Assembly (NCBI GenBank): GCA_938017515.1 | Contig: CALIJJ010000030.1 | Span: 6,360-70,359 of the forward strand | Length of the DNA: 64,000 nt | Reading direction: 5' to 3' | DNA from: an uncultured Pseudanabaenaceae cyanobacterium | GTDB lineage: Bacteria > Cyanobacteriota > Cyanobacteriia > PCC-9006 > JAAUQQ01 | Shown here: one piece after another, positions 29,484 to 39,344 of the stretch | How positions within the stretch are numbered: the first letter of the stretch is position 1 | How the letters are laid out: the number at the start of each line of letters is the position of its first letter | Translations under genes and position numbers: made by a program | The notes under the pieces: generated by a model | Told to the model about the DNA's origin: nothing | Databases searched by the model: none | Seen by the model: the letters and a program-made list of their open reading frames with translations, nothing else

Positions 29484-29753
29484 ATGCTTCTGGGTTTGGG
29501 CATGCTAAAGCTACCGTGGCTCGAATGGACTGAACCATCGGCTTTCAGCCCGGCGTCAACTCAGACCAGCATCAATAAAATCACCATGGAAGACAATGTT
29601 CAGGATGCTCTCATCCTGGCCTTTATTGCCCTGCTTGGCCTGATGGGAGGTTATCTTCTGTGGCTATGGCTGGGGGCAGTGGGCTTTGCCGGTCTCCTTT
29701 TCGGATATCTCACCGGTTTACTGGTCTACTTTGCACCTTTGCCTGAGGCCTAG
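29484..29753 (+). CDS. small hypothetical membrane protein
   Basis: 89 aa ORF whose C-terminal half forms two hydrophobic helices with GxxxG. The real start is possibly an internal Met. Support is weak. Confidence 0.3.
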   Translation: MLLGLGMLKLPWLEWTEPSAFSPASTQTSINKITMEDNVQDALILAFIALLGLMGGYLLWLWLGAVGFAGLLFGYLTGLLVYFAPLPEA

Positions 29754-29763
29754 TGACACGGTG

Positions 29764-30432
29764 CTAGAGATTGCTTGAATAGGGAGCACCCAACGTAACG
29801 GAGGAGACACTGGTCTGCGTGACCTTGTCTTGGGCCGTTTCAGATTGCGCCTGGTCATTGTGTGCCGTTCTATAGAGAGCAGCAGCCCGACCTGTTGCAA
29901 GATCTTGAGCTTTTTGCTGTTCTGCGGCACCCAGAAGTTTGCGCAGGAGTTGGGTTAGGGTGGCTTGCTCTCGACGAGTTAAATGATCCATCAGCGCCTG
30001 TTCCTGTTCTGTCTGGCGCTGCAATGCTTTTTCCAGCGTTGCTTGACCAAATGACGTCAATTTTACAATCACGCTGCGACCGTCCACTGGATCTGGCATT
30101 CGAGTAACAAAGCGTAGATCCTCAGCGCGATCCAAAAGGTTGCTCATACCACCAGAACTCATGTTGAGCTGGGCTGCCAGGGCCCGAGGGGAGCTTTCAT
30201 GGGGATGCCCCTGACGATGGAGAATGGCGCTTAGGGCAAAAATTCCCGGTTTCAGGCCAAGCTGCTCCAGGATAGGGGTGGCTTCTCCTTCGAGATGAGC
30301 TGCAAGCTGTTGAATCCTAAAGGTGACATCTTTTGTAGAAAGGTCGAGGGCTGGATGGGATTGTGCCCAGCTATCCAAAATACCGTCTACTTGGTCGTAG
30401 GTTGTCACTGTCATCACTCTGAATCGTAGCAA
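29764..30432 (-). CDS. MarR-family transcriptional regulator
   Basis: Winged-helix pattern LAAQLNMSSGGMSNLLDRAEDLRFVTRMPDPVDGRSVIVKLTSFG. It has a Q/A-rich C-terminal extension. Confidence 0.75.
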   Translation of the reverse strand: MLRFRVMTVTTYDQVDGILDSWAQSHPALDLSTKDVTFRIQQLAAHLEGEATPILEQLGLKPGIFALSAILHRQGHPHESSPRALAAQLNMSSGGMSNLLDRAEDLRFVTRMPDPVDGRSVIVKLTSFGQATLEKALQRQTEQEQALMDHLTRREQATLTQLLRKLLGAAEQQKAQDLATGRAAALYRTAHNDQAQSETAQDKVTQTSVSSVTLGAPYSSNL

Positions 30433-30696
30433 GGGTGTGAGCCAAACATTGGCTGCAAAAACAGCGCCCGTAAACTGTTCAGTTCACGCAACGGAAGGCC
30501 CCAAAACCTTGAGCGCTGAGGGGCACATGTAGCCAAAAATCTTTGAGTCAACCGGGGTCAACATAAGGAACGTACCAGATTCATCCCCAATCGTTATTAG
30601 GGGTTCTGGGGTGAGGGGGCAGAGACCTCATTTTGATAAGGGTTATTGCCCCCTACGGAAGAGTTGTCTGGGTCGGCTTTCCCTCAAAGGCTTGTC

Positions 30697-33027
30697 CTAG
30701 GACGATTCCAGGATGTCGCGGGAGGCAAAATCTGGGGATGTCAGAACGAACATGGCGGTGGGTAATCCCTGGGTCATGGCCTGAACCCGCTGGTAGGAGG
30801 ACCGTAGATCATTGTCGGGATTGGCCAGACCCAGAAGAATCAGGTCGGCATTGCGGGAGGAGTGGCGCAGAATTTCGGGGAAGGGGCGATCGCCCGCCAC
30901 AATCACCTGAGCCTTGGCATCAATGCGGAACTTTTGCAGCAACCGCTGAAGGTTTTCCCGAGCCGGTTGCTCTCCTGCCTTCGCCGGAATGACCAGCTTG
31001 AGGTGAATTTCGGCATTGCGCCAGGCGTCACTGGTTTGCAGCAGGTAGGCGAGGATGAGCTTGAAGCCACCGTTGTTTTGTAGATCGCTGACCCAGACAT
31101 CAATGCGCTGAAAACGACCAAAGCCCCGGTCGAGATTGTCCTGGACAATCATGACGTTGCGGCGGGCCTTGTAGAAATTGGCCACCATATCGCAGTAGCG
31201 ATCGAGCTGTTCCTCATCCTGAGATGCCCCCAAAAGGACCGTGTTGGGGACCAGTGGGCCGAGGCCGTAGGTTTGAACCAATTGCTCTGCACCGACAAAA
31301 CGATCCTCCGCCATGATCAACCGCACCAGGCCCTCGACGCCCCGCTGCTCCATGTAGCTGCGAATCATCGACTCCGACTTTTGCTGCTGTTCCAGACTGC
31401 GGGAGCCGCTGGGCAAGATGCTGGCGACGGTGATTAGACCGCGATTGTGGGTCAGGGCCGAGGCCATTTCGATCAGGGGCCAGCGTCGGGTGGGAATACC
31501 CGAAAGGACCAAAAAGTGGGGACGCCAATTTCGACCATCGGCGTGGGGTTCGCTGCCCAGCTTCAAGATGCCCTGGCGCACGAGTGCCAGCCAAATGCCC
31601 CGACCCACGTCGCCCCAGGCGCTCTGGATTTCCTGTTGCTTGAGCCAGAGAAAGACGCCCAAAACAATCATGGCCGCCATGATGGTGGCCAGGGGATTGA
31701 TCAAAAACATCACCGCGACGCAGCCCAGGGCTCCCAGGAGGGACAGGCTCCAGTGGACACGGAAGGTTGGGCGGAATGACGGACTTTTGAGGAAGTTTTC
31801 CAGACCCGCTGCCACATTCAAGACCATGTAGGTCGTGAGGAAGAACATAGTCAGGACCGGAGCGAGCAGGTCCAGATCGCCAAAGACGACAGAGAGTAGG
31901 ACGGCGCCTAGGGTCACCAGGGTGCCAATGCGAGGTTCGTCCTCACTGCCGCTGCCCGCGCCGAGCCAGCGCAGAGATGCGGGCAGAACGCGATCGCGGG
32001 CCAGCGCCTGCAACACCCGGGGCGCACCCAAGATACTGCCCAAGGCACTGGACAATGTTGCCCCCCAAACCCCCAACAAGATTGCAGGACCCCAGAGCGC
32101 CATTCGTTCCATGACAAAGGATTCGGCTAGCAGTGTGCCCTGATCAGCCCAGCGTGCCAGGAAAAGCGGAATGATCATATAGACCAAGTAGCCCGATCCC
32201 ACAGCTGCCAGCGTCCCTTTGGGGATCGATTTGGTCGGTTCCTTTAGATCGCCGGACATCCCCACGCCGGACATGATGCCGGTGACGGCGGGGAAAAAGA
32301 CGGCGAAAACGACCCAAAATGACTCTCGGGGCTGGGCCAGGATTTCTGCTGCTTCCGGGGCCGGGGTGACGGGATGTCCAGCAAAGAAGGAGAGTAAGGA
32401 GAGGATGATCCCCCCCATGATCACGTACTGAATCTTGACCGCGAAGGCTGCTGATTTGACGGCAACGCCAGCCACTGCGAGGGCGGTGAGGACACCAATA
32501 ATTTTTTGCCCCAATACGGAAAGGGCTCCCAAGCTGACTAAGGGCACCAGGCCACTGAGCTGATTGAGAATGGTCTGGGCTTGGTCGGGATAGCTGATGG
32601 CCAAACTACGAATAAAGTCCACCATGCTCTCGGCAAAGCCGATCACATATAGCCCCACTGATAGGGTTTGGGCAATGTATAGCGGAATACCAACGGCTCC
32701 CCCCACTTCGATCCCGAGGGAGCGGCTGATCATATAGTAGGCACCGCCTGCTCGCACCACGCGATCGGTGGCGATTTCGGCAATGGACAGGGCCGTCAAA
32801 AACGTGATCGCTGTCGAGAGGGTGACAATGGCGAAGGTTCCGACGAGGCCCACTTGTCCGACCACCCAGCCGAACCGCAGGTACATGATGACGCCCAGGA
32901 TCGTCAGGATCGACGGCGTATAGACCCCGCCGAAGGTACCGAGTCCTGAGGCTTCGGTCGTTTCTGATCCGGTCTCTGCCTTCGTGCTGCCCTTGGATTT
33001 TCCAGTGAGGCTCCAGAGCTTTTTCAT
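30697..33027 (-). CDS. APC-superfamily transporter (amino acid permease / cation-chloride cotransporter-like) with large C-terminal cytoplasmic domain
   Basis: About 12 TM helices with an SLC12/AA-permease signature (GxxxGxGVYTPSILTILGVIMYLRFGWVVG), followed by a soluble C-terminal domain of about 280 aa. Confidence 0.75.
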   Translation of the reverse strand: MKKLWSLTGKSKGSTKAETGSETTEASGLGTFGGVYTPSILTILGVIMYLRFGWVVGQVGLVGTFAIVTLSTAITFLTALSIAEIATDRVVRAGGAYYMISRSLGIEVGGAVGIPLYIAQTLSVGLYVIGFAESMVDFIRSLAISYPDQAQTILNQLSGLVPLVSLGALSVLGQKIIGVLTALAVAGVAVKSAAFAVKIQYVIMGGIILSLLSFFAGHPVTPAPEAAEILAQPRESFWVVFAVFFPAVTGIMSGVGMSGDLKEPTKSIPKGTLAAVGSGYLVYMIIPLFLARWADQGTLLAESFVMERMALWGPAILLGVWGATLSSALGSILGAPRVLQALARDRVLPASLRWLGAGSGSEDEPRIGTLVTLGAVLLSVVFGDLDLLAPVLTMFFLTTYMVLNVAAGLENFLKSPSFRPTFRVHWSLSLLGALGCVAVMFLINPLATIMAAMIVLGVFLWLKQQEIQSAWGDVGRGIWLALVRQGILKLGSEPHADGRNWRPHFLVLSGIPTRRWPLIEMASALTHNRGLITVASILPSGSRSLEQQQKSESMIRSYMEQRGVEGLVRLIMAEDRFVGAEQLVQTYGLGPLVPNTVLLGASQDEEQLDRYCDMVANFYKARRNVMIVQDNLDRGFGRFQRIDVWVSDLQNNGGFKLILAYLLQTSDAWRNAEIHLKLVIPAKAGEQPARENLQRLLQKFRIDAKAQVIVAGDRPFPEILRHSSRNADLILLGLANPDNDLRSSYQRVQAMTQGLPTAMFVLTSPDFASRDILESS

Positions 33028-33400
33028 GGTTCAACTCCAGGGGACGCGAGATGCCGTAGAAACACGGGGTGTTGGTCAAAGTGTTTACGGTACAGCAGAA
33101 CTGCTCCTTTCAAAAACATCCTTTAGAAGAGAGAATAATAGGCCGAGATGCAATCCTTTCCAGGCTCCCTGGCAAGGCAATGGCCTCCCGATTGAAAGTT
33201 GAAGATAACGGTGAAATTACCACCTATCACTTCTGACGGTTCATCATTGACAACTCAGACTCCGTAAAACGGCTATGGTCCAGTAGTGATGGGATTCGTT
33301 ACCTTGGGGAAACCTAAGGCTAGCCTGTGTGCCGTTTTTTCTGCCACATGTGAAAGCTAATTTTTCTCGACCTCTCATGGCTTGGAACAGCTTGCTCTAA

Positions 33401-34186
33401 ATGCTGGGTCCGTTTCGGCGCTGTTTGTGTCCTTTCCTACAGACAACTTTTCTCCGCTGTTCGATGTCAGCCAACGGTTCTATGTCAATTTCTTCCACCT
33501 CTGAGTTTCCCTTAGAAAACCCACAGGCCGCACTAAACGTACCGGATTACGTTGATAATGGTTTGGTGAGTAATGCCGGTGCCTTGAACGCCGGGTTTGA
33601 GGTGGAGCAAACAGTCGGCAATGATGATGCCAAGCCATCGACCGAATTCCGCAGTCAGTTCACTGACTGTATGGAAATGTGTGCTGACGTTGCAGTGGTC
33701 GCAGAATATTTAGATAACCACCAGGACTGGTTCCGTCGCTGTGCTTCGCCCATGGGTACGAATCCCTTGGGTGACAATGGCTATGCCTTGTCCTTGGGCA
33801 AGCATGGGGCCTTGGGCTATGCTGTGGAGCCCCAAATTGGTTTGGATTTGCTGCCCCAGGATGGTGGCGTCTATCGCATTCGCACGATTGAGGTGCCTGG
33901 CTATGAACCGGCGGGGTATGACGTTGATTTCCAGGCGGCCCTGGAGTTGAATGCCGTAGACCCCACTGAAGCGGGGATAGCGGCGATGACCCATGTGGAA
34001 TGGGTGCTGGACTTGGGCGTCACCATTGAATTTCCCCGGTTTATCCAAATTCTTCCTCAAAACCTGATTCAGAACACCGGCGATCGCCTCCTCCGTCAGA
34101 TTGTCCGCCAAATCTCTCGCCGTCTGACCCGCAAGGTCCAGGAAGATTTTCACTCGAAATTTAATCTGCCCATGCCCAAAGCCTAG
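33401..34186 (+). CDS. hypothetical protein (cyanobacterial DUF1997-like)
   Basis: 261 aa soluble ORF. The real start is probably the internal Met near 33464. The family call is from memory of the domain pattern only. Confidence 0.45.
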   Translation: MLGPFRRCLCPFLQTTFLRCSMSANGSMSISSTSEFPLENPQAALNVPDYVDNGLVSNAGALNAGFEVEQTVGNDDAKPSTEFRSQFTDCMEMCADVAVVAEYLDNHQDWFRRCASPMGTNPLGDNGYALSLGKHGALGYAVEPQIGLDLLPQDGGVYRIRTIEVPGYEPAGYDVDFQAALELNAVDPTEAGIAAMTHVEWVLDLGVTIEFPRFIQILPQNLIQNTGDRLLRQIVRQISRRLTRKVQEDFHSKFNLPMPKA

Positions 34187-34276
34187 GGAGCCAAATCCTA
34201 GGGATCCCAAATCCTAGGGGCCCAAATCTCACGGAGGTGAGAGTGCCGCTCGGGATTGAACGCTGGGGGGCAAACG

Positions 34277-34873
34277 CTAGCGCCAGTGGAAATGGTTTTT
34301 GTTGCGATAAAAATGCAGGCGACCGTACCCGATGAACTGTGGGGCGACCTTTTCTCCTGCGGGAAAAACCGTGACACCCCAGAGATAGATTCCCGCCGAT
34401 GGTGTTTGCACCGGTCTAATGCCTAGGGTGACGGTTTGTCCGGGCTGAATCGGAGGATCAAAGCGAGTCGTTAGACTACGGTCGTCATGGTTGAGATCGA
34501 TGGATGAAACATTGGCCCGTTGCTGGCGATCGCCATCCACAAAGGCAATGGTTTCATCCAAGTCATAACGACCAAAGCGATCGGCCCCCTCATCCTGGCG
34601 AAGCACGAGCTGACCTAACGGCTCGCTGGCATCATCCGGTATGCTGACCGTGAAATAGTAGCGACCGCCCCAGGTGCGGGCCTGGGTTTGGGTCGCGCGG
34701 GCTTTGACTAGGCGCGGAACTCCGGCGAAATGAATCGTGCCGTCGGAGAATTCAACGGCGATCGCCGCACGCTGGAACAACGGTGCTAGCGAAACGAACG
34801 GCATCAATAAACTTGTGCCTAGGCTGAGGCGTAGGACAAAGGTCAATAAAGGGGATTTCATCTCTCCCTCCAC
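34277..34873 (-). CDS. hypothetical secreted protein
   Basis: 198 aa with a signal peptide (SLLMPFVSLAPLFQRAA). Confidence 0.5.
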   Translation of the reverse strand: MEGEMKSPLLTFVLRLSLGTSLLMPFVSLAPLFQRAAIAVEFSDGTIHFAGVPRLVKARATQTQARTWGGRYYFTVSIPDDASEPLGQLVLRQDEGADRFGRYDLDETIAFVDGDRQQRANVSSIDLNHDDRSLTTRFDPPIQPGQTVTLGIRPVQTPSAGIYLWGVTVFPAGEKVAPQFIGYGRLHFYRNKNHFHWR

Positions 34874-34938
34874 AAACAGCGTATGTTTCCTACTCTAGCG
34901 CTGGCCTTGGGAATCTTGCGGTCACGTCATTGTGAGAT

Positions 34939-34990
34939 CAAGACTCTGCGATTAAGACTCTGCGATCAAGACTCTGCGATCAAGTGCGAT
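34939..34990. repeat. 14-bp tandem repeat (CAAGACTCTGCGAT x about 3.7)
   Basis: Seen directly. It contains HIP1-like GCGATC cores and abuts the stop of the WecB-like gene. Confidence 0.8.
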
Positions 34991-35762
34991 AGTTCAGCGC
35001 CTTCAAGGCAAAGACCGGCAGTGCCAGCATCCGTCGCCAGCGCCAGGGCTCTTTGTAAAGCCGATAAACCCACTCCAAATTATTGTTGCGCAGCCAGCCC
35101 GGAGCCCGTTGCTTGGTGCCGGACCAGATATCGAAACTACCGCCGACGCCAATCCAAATGCTGTTGGGACAAATGTCACGATATTGCTGAATCCAAACTT
35201 CCTGGCGGGGCACGCCAAGACCCACGAGAATTAGCTGGGGTTGGAGCGCCTTGAGCCGTTCTCGCAACGCGACTTCGTCTTCACCCTGGATATAGCCATT
35301 TTCAACACCGATGATGTTGATCCCCGGTGCACGCTGTTGCCATTGCTCCGCAGCTGCGGTGATGATTTCAGGTTTGCCGCCGTAGAGAAAGACAGACCAA
35401 TCGTTTTGAGCCGAACGCCGCAGCATTTCCTCTGCTAGCTCAATGCCGGGACAGCGTTGGACAGCTTTGCCCCGTAGCTTGAGATAGAGCACCACACCGG
35501 CTCCGTCGGGAATAACGAGATCGGCGCGGCGAATGACCTGATCCAGGGTGGTGTTTTTTTCGGCTTCGATGGCCATTTCTGCGTTGAGCGTCACCACGTG
35601 AATGCTTTCTCCGGCGGTGAGGCGATCGCCCAGCCAATCGGCATAGCTATTCAGGAGCTGGATGGGTAGCCCCAGAACGGTGGCGGTTTCGGGTTGGGGG
35701 GAAGATGTCTGGGTGGACATCGGAATCTCCGGGAATGATTCGGCCAGGACACACCATAGCAA
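34980..35762 (-). CDS. WecB/TagA/CpsF-family glycosyltransferase (N-acetylmannosaminyltransferase-like)
   Basis: Family pattern VVTLNAEM, PDGAGVV, FLYGGKPE and IWIGVGGSFD. The start may be the internal Met at 35720. Confidence 0.75.
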   Translation of the reverse strand: MLWCVLAESFPEIPMSTQTSSPQPETATVLGLPIQLLNSYADWLGDRLTAGESIHVVTLNAEMAIEAEKNTTLDQVIRRADLVIPDGAGVVLYLKLRGKAVQRCPGIELAEEMLRRSAQNDWSVFLYGGKPEIITAAAEQWQQRAPGINIIGVENGYIQGEDEVALRERLKALQPQLILVGLGVPRQEVWIQQYRDICPNSIWIGVGGSFDIWSGTKQRAPGWLRNNNLEWVYRLYKEPWRWRRMLALPVFALKALNYRT

Positions 35763-35935
35763 GCTTTTGTGTCCGGCTGTTGCTGCGTTCTTTGATAAGG
35801 ATGATTACGTCCTAGATTTGACGCTTTCGGGAAACTGTTGTTAGGGTACAGGTAGGCAACGGCGGATCTGCTGTGGATTCGTGCCCAAGCCATCTTTAAT
35901 TTTTGCCATCCTCAGTTTTTCAATTACTTAGCGCC

Positions 35936-35989
35936 ATGTTCTCACCCCGATTTTACTTTTTTTGGTTTATGGAGGTTCACCGGAAGTGA
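35936..35989 (+). CDS. candidate leader peptide MFSPRFYFFWFMEVHRK (17 codons, six consecutive aromatic codons)
   Basis: The sequence reads ATG TTC TCA CCC CGA TTT TAC TTT TTT TGG TTT ATG GAG GTT CAC CGG AAG TGA. It lies 220 nt upstream of the DAHP synthase gene on the same strand, and its stop codon lies within the left arm of a 14-bp inverted repeat. Confidence 0.45.
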   Translation: MFSPRFYFFWFMEVHRK

Positions 35990-36048
35990 GCGCTAGGCGC
36001 TGATGCCAAAACTTCCGGTGAACCGCAGTCCAGGGGCTGCGGTTTTTT
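35974..36048 (+). promoter_or_regulatory. attenuator-like RNA structure: 14-bp perfect inverted repeat (GGTTCACCGGAAGT ... ACTTCCGGTGAACC) overlapping an intrinsic terminator
   Basis: The arms are at 35974-35987 and 36011-36024, with an internal palindrome AGCGCTAGGCGCT between them. The terminator stem is CCGCAG/CTGCGG (36023-36042) followed by TTTTTT. Confidence 0.5.
36023..36048 (+). terminator. rho-independent terminator (6-bp GC stem, 8-nt loop, T6) in the DAHP synthase leader
   Basis: Seen in sequence. There is no upstream plus-strand gene. Confidence 0.55.
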
Positions 36049-36211
36049 GTTGGTGATTTTTCAGGTGATGTTCATTCAACCCACAAAAAACGTCCGAAGC
36101 TCCTCACGTTTAGTCTTTTTGATCGCTTTGGCCTAATTGCTCCAGCTTTGTTGCCTGGACGTTATTGCCCTCACTCATCACTTCCCGACATCCCTTAACC
36201 TGGAGAATCCT

Positions 36212-37156
36212 ATGAAATCTGCTCCCCTCGTTGGAACCAACGCATCGCCGGCCAGTTTGTCGCCAGCCAGTCCATCATCAGCCAGTCCAACCACCCGAGT
36301 TCGGGTCGGCAACAGCACGATTGGTGGCCGCGAGATTTTCATTGCTGCGGGTCCCTGCGCGATCGAAAGCACAGAACAAATGGAGGCGATCGCTTCTACC
36401 CTTGGCCCAGCTCCCATCCAAGCCCTGCGCGGCGGTATCTACAAACCCCGCACCTCACCCTACGATTTCCAGGGAATTGGCGGTGAAGGTTTCGAGATCC
36501 TGCGCCAGGTGCGTCAGCACCATGGCTTACCGGTTGTGACCGAAGTGATGGCGGTGTCTCAAATCGAAGCTCTGTCCGAAGAAGTGGATATGCTTCAGGT
36601 GGGCAGCCGCAATATGCAAAATTTTGACCTGCTCAAGGCTCTGGGACAGGCCAATCGCCCCGTTCTGCTGAAGCGAGGTCTGGCCGCAACCCTCGAAGAG
36701 TTCGTGATGGCGGCGGAATATATCGCGAGCCACGGCAATCCCAATATCGTGTTGTGCGAACGGGGCATTCGTAGCTTCGACAACTACACGCGCAACGTCT
36801 TGGATTTGGGCGGTGTTGTTGCCCTCAAGACCCTGACCCATTTGCCGGTGATTGTGGATCCGAGCCATGCGGCGGGTCGGCGGGAACTGGTGCCCAGTTT
36901 GGCACGGGCGGCGATCGCCGCAGGGGCCGATGGCCTGATCCTGGAATGTCACCCCCGTCCCGATGAATCTATTTCTGATGCCCAACAAAGCCTCTCTCTG
37001 GAAGCGACGACAGATTTGATTGAGAGTCTGCGTCCCTTAGCAGAGGCCGTGGATCGGTCGATTGCGCTGCCGATTTTTCAGCCCAAGCGAGCCCCTCAGC
37101 AAGCCCCTGAATGTACCTCTGAACGGACTCCTGAACGAGCATTACTAGTGGCTTAG
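36212..37156 (+). CDS. aroG: 3-deoxy-7-phosphoheptulonate (DAHP) synthase, class I-beta (KDO8PS-like fold)
   Basis: Family motifs are present (AGPCAIES, GIYKPRTSPYDFQG, LKRG, VDPSHA, ILECHP). The ATG at 36212 has GGAG 8 nt upstream. Confidence 0.85.
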   Translation: MKSAPLVGTNASPASLSPASPSSASPTTRVRVGNSTIGGREIFIAAGPCAIESTEQMEAIASTLGPAPIQALRGGIYKPRTSPYDFQGIGGEGFEILRQVRQHHGLPVVTEVMAVSQIEALSEEVDMLQVGSRNMQNFDLLKALGQANRPVLLKRGLAATLEEFVMAAEYIASHGNPNIVLCERGIRSFDNYTRNVLDLGGVVALKTLTHLPVIVDPSHAAGRRELVPSLARAAIAAGADGLILECHPRPDESISDAQQSLSLEATTDLIESLRPLAEAVDRSIALPIFQPKRAPQQAPECTSERTPERALLVA

Positions 37157-37175
37157 AGCTTGCTCAGGGGCAGGA

Positions 37176-37583
37176 TTACTGGGGACGGGTGGCGATCGCC
37201 AGCTTCACGCCCTCCAATTTGCGGAGTTGATCCATCACCTCGACAACGAGGCCGTGGTTGACGCTTTCATCGGCATTGAGAATCACCAGTAGCTCAGGCT
37301 TTTGCCCTTTAACCGTTTGGATGCGCTTGGCGAGTGTCTCTAAGGTGACTTCATCGCGATTGAGATAAACCGCCCCGTCGGGTTGAATTGTGACTAGGGC
37401 ATCGAGATTATTCTGCTGGAGCCGTGAAGTCACGGCCCCCGGCAAGTTGACGGGTAAACTCTCCACCCGTGTCAGCGTCAGCGTTGACATAATCAAGAAT
37501 GCCAAAATGGCAAAGATCACATCGATCATCGGCAGGATATTAATCTGAGCGGGCAATTCGGGGTCGTCGTCGTGGAGGCGCAT
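37176..37583 (-). CDS. exbD: biopolymer transport protein ExbD/TolR
   Basis: 135 aa with a single N-terminal TM helix (INILPMIDVIFAILAFLI) and an ExbD periplasmic domain. Confidence 0.8.
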   Translation of the reverse strand: MRLHDDDPELPAQINILPMIDVIFAILAFLIMSTLTLTRVESLPVNLPGAVTSRLQQNNLDALVTIQPDGAVYLNRDEVTLETLAKRIQTVKGQKPELLVILNADESVNHGLVVEVMDQLRKLEGVKLAIATRPQ

Positions 37584-37633
37584 GGGAAATGTGGCGGAGA
37601 GAATCTGGGCTGAAGTGGCATTTTGGCCATGGT

Positions 37634-38314
37634 CTATCGCACTTGGCCAGAACGTTGGCTAGGTTTAGGCCGTGGGGGATTTCCTTTGCGGTCCTGGAGC
37701 TGATGACGACGATAGAGCAGTTCGAGTTGCCCACCGTACTCTTCGATGAGGGCACGCTGTCGCCGATACAACCCACGAAAAGCGTTGGCAAACAGTAGAA
37801 CAATAATGGCAATGATAAGTCCCGTTGCGGTAGAAACTAAAGCCTCGCTGATGCCGCCCGTGACGGCTTCCGTTTGAGTCGTGTCGCCACTGCCCAAGTT
37901 GAGAGAGGCGAAGGAGGAAATCAAACCCAGAACCGTTCCCAGCAAACCGAGCAACGGAGCCGCTGCAATAACGGTGTCAAAGACGGTATTAAACCGGCGC
38001 AATACCGGGAGTTCAGCTTGGCCTGCGCTTTCTAAGGCGAGACGAAATTCGTCTGGGGTAGCATATTCCAACTCAACGGCGGAGAGAAAAATGCGGGCGA
38101 TGGGTAAGTCAGCATTTTGCTTCAGCTTTTTGTAGGCCATGGCAGGACTGTCGCGGTAGAGCTTCAGCACCTCCCGTACAAGCGGATCCTGGCGCTGAAG
38201 CAGACCGGCCCAAAAGAAAATGCGCTCGATGATGAGGGCGATCGCCACCACCGAAAACATCAGTAGCGGCAGCATCACAATGCCCCCGGCCTGTAAGAGC
38301 GACAGAATCGACAT
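37634..38314 (-). CDS. exbB: MotA/TolQ/ExbB proton-channel protein
   Basis: Three TM helices and the conserved TVLGLISSF and ALVSTATGLIIAI motifs. Confidence 0.8.
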   Translation of the reverse strand: MSILSLLQAGGIVMLPLLMFSVVAIALIIERIFFWAGLLQRQDPLVREVLKLYRDSPAMAYKKLKQNADLPIARIFLSAVELEYATPDEFRLALESAGQAELPVLRRFNTVFDTVIAAAPLLGLLGTVLGLISSFASLNLGSGDTTQTEAVTGGISEALVSTATGLIIAIIVLLFANAFRGLYRRQRALIEEYGGQLELLYRRHQLQDRKGNPPRPKPSQRSGQVR

Positions 38315-38448
38315 CCCGCTTAGTACCTATGGTAAATACGTAGAAAATTGCCGTCACCATAGTAACCGTCCACTGAAAATCGACGATAGGGGGCTATGCC
38401 AGTTGATATGCTGATTTTTGTCGCCAGAAACGGATATCGGAAACGGTC

Positions 38449-39312
38449 ATGGAATACGGCTTGATTGGCACAGGTTTGATGGGAGCCCCGATGGCACTGC
38501 GGTTGCATAATGCGGGATTGGAGATGACTATCTACAACCGCACAACTGAGAAGGTGCAGCACCTTGCGGAGTTTGGCATCGCCATTGCCGGGTCTCCCCA
38601 AGCCCTTGCTGGTGTGGTGGATTGTGTCATTTTGATGCTGACCGATGCCCATGCCATCCGCGAATTGATTTTGACGGATGCGGTCAAGGCAGCGCTGGCG
38701 GGAAAAACTGTCATCCAGATGGGAACTATTGGACCTAGCGAGAGTCAGGATATTGCAAAAGAGCTTGAGGAAGCAGGGATTCAGTATTTAGAAGCCCCTG
38801 TGCTGGGCAGTATTCCCCAGGTGCAAGATGGGTCACTCTTGCTCATGGTCGGTAGTACGCCGGAGCAGTTCGGGCGGTGGCAGTCGCTTCTACAACACTT
38901 CGGGGAAAGCGTTCGCCACATTGGCCCGGTGGGTACTGCGATGGCCCTAAAGTTATCTCTCAATCAACTGATTGCCAGCTTGACCAACAGCTTCGCCCTC
39001 AGCTTGGCATTTGCCAATCAGAATCAGGTGCCTGTGGAGCAATTCATGGAGATTCTGCGGGAGAGTGCCCTGTACGCACCAACCTTTGATAAGAAGTTGG
39101 CGCGGATGCAGGAACACAATTTTGAGAATCCAAATTTTCCAACTAAGCACCTGCTGAAGGATGTACAACTCTTTTTGAAAGAGGCTTCGACGCTAGAGTT
39201 GCAGACCGGCAACCTCAATGGCACGGAGCGAATTTTGGAAAAGGCGATCGCCCTGGGTCTTGGAGACCTGGATTATTCCGCGATCGCCGCCGCCGTTGAA
39301 CCCCGCGAATAG
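38449..39312 (+). CDS. NAD(P)-dependent oxidoreductase (3-hydroxyisobutyrate dehydrogenase / 6PGDH NAD-binding family)
   Basis: N-terminal GLIGTGLMGAPMA Rossmann motif and overall HIBADH-like length and pattern. Confidence 0.75.
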   Translation: MEYGLIGTGLMGAPMALRLHNAGLEMTIYNRTTEKVQHLAEFGIAIAGSPQALAGVVDCVILMLTDAHAIRELILTDAVKAALAGKTVIQMGTIGPSESQDIAKELEEAGIQYLEAPVLGSIPQVQDGSLLLMVGSTPEQFGRWQSLLQHFGESVRHIGPVGTAMALKLSLNQLIASLTNSFALSLAFANQNQVPVEQFMEILRESALYAPTFDKKLARMQEHNFENPNFPTKHLLKDVQLFLKEASTLELQTGNLNGTERILEKAIALGLGDLDYSAIAAAVEPRE

Positions 39313-39344
39313 GTCACGGAAAGAGCGAAAAGCAATCGTGATGT

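Noticed and set aside
35974-36024. Interpreting the 14-bp inverted repeat upstream of aroG as a protein operator
   Set aside because: The 23-bp spacer carries its own palindrome and the right arm overlaps a terminator stem. This is more typical of nested RNA secondary structure than of a dimeric repressor site. It was not fully excluded.
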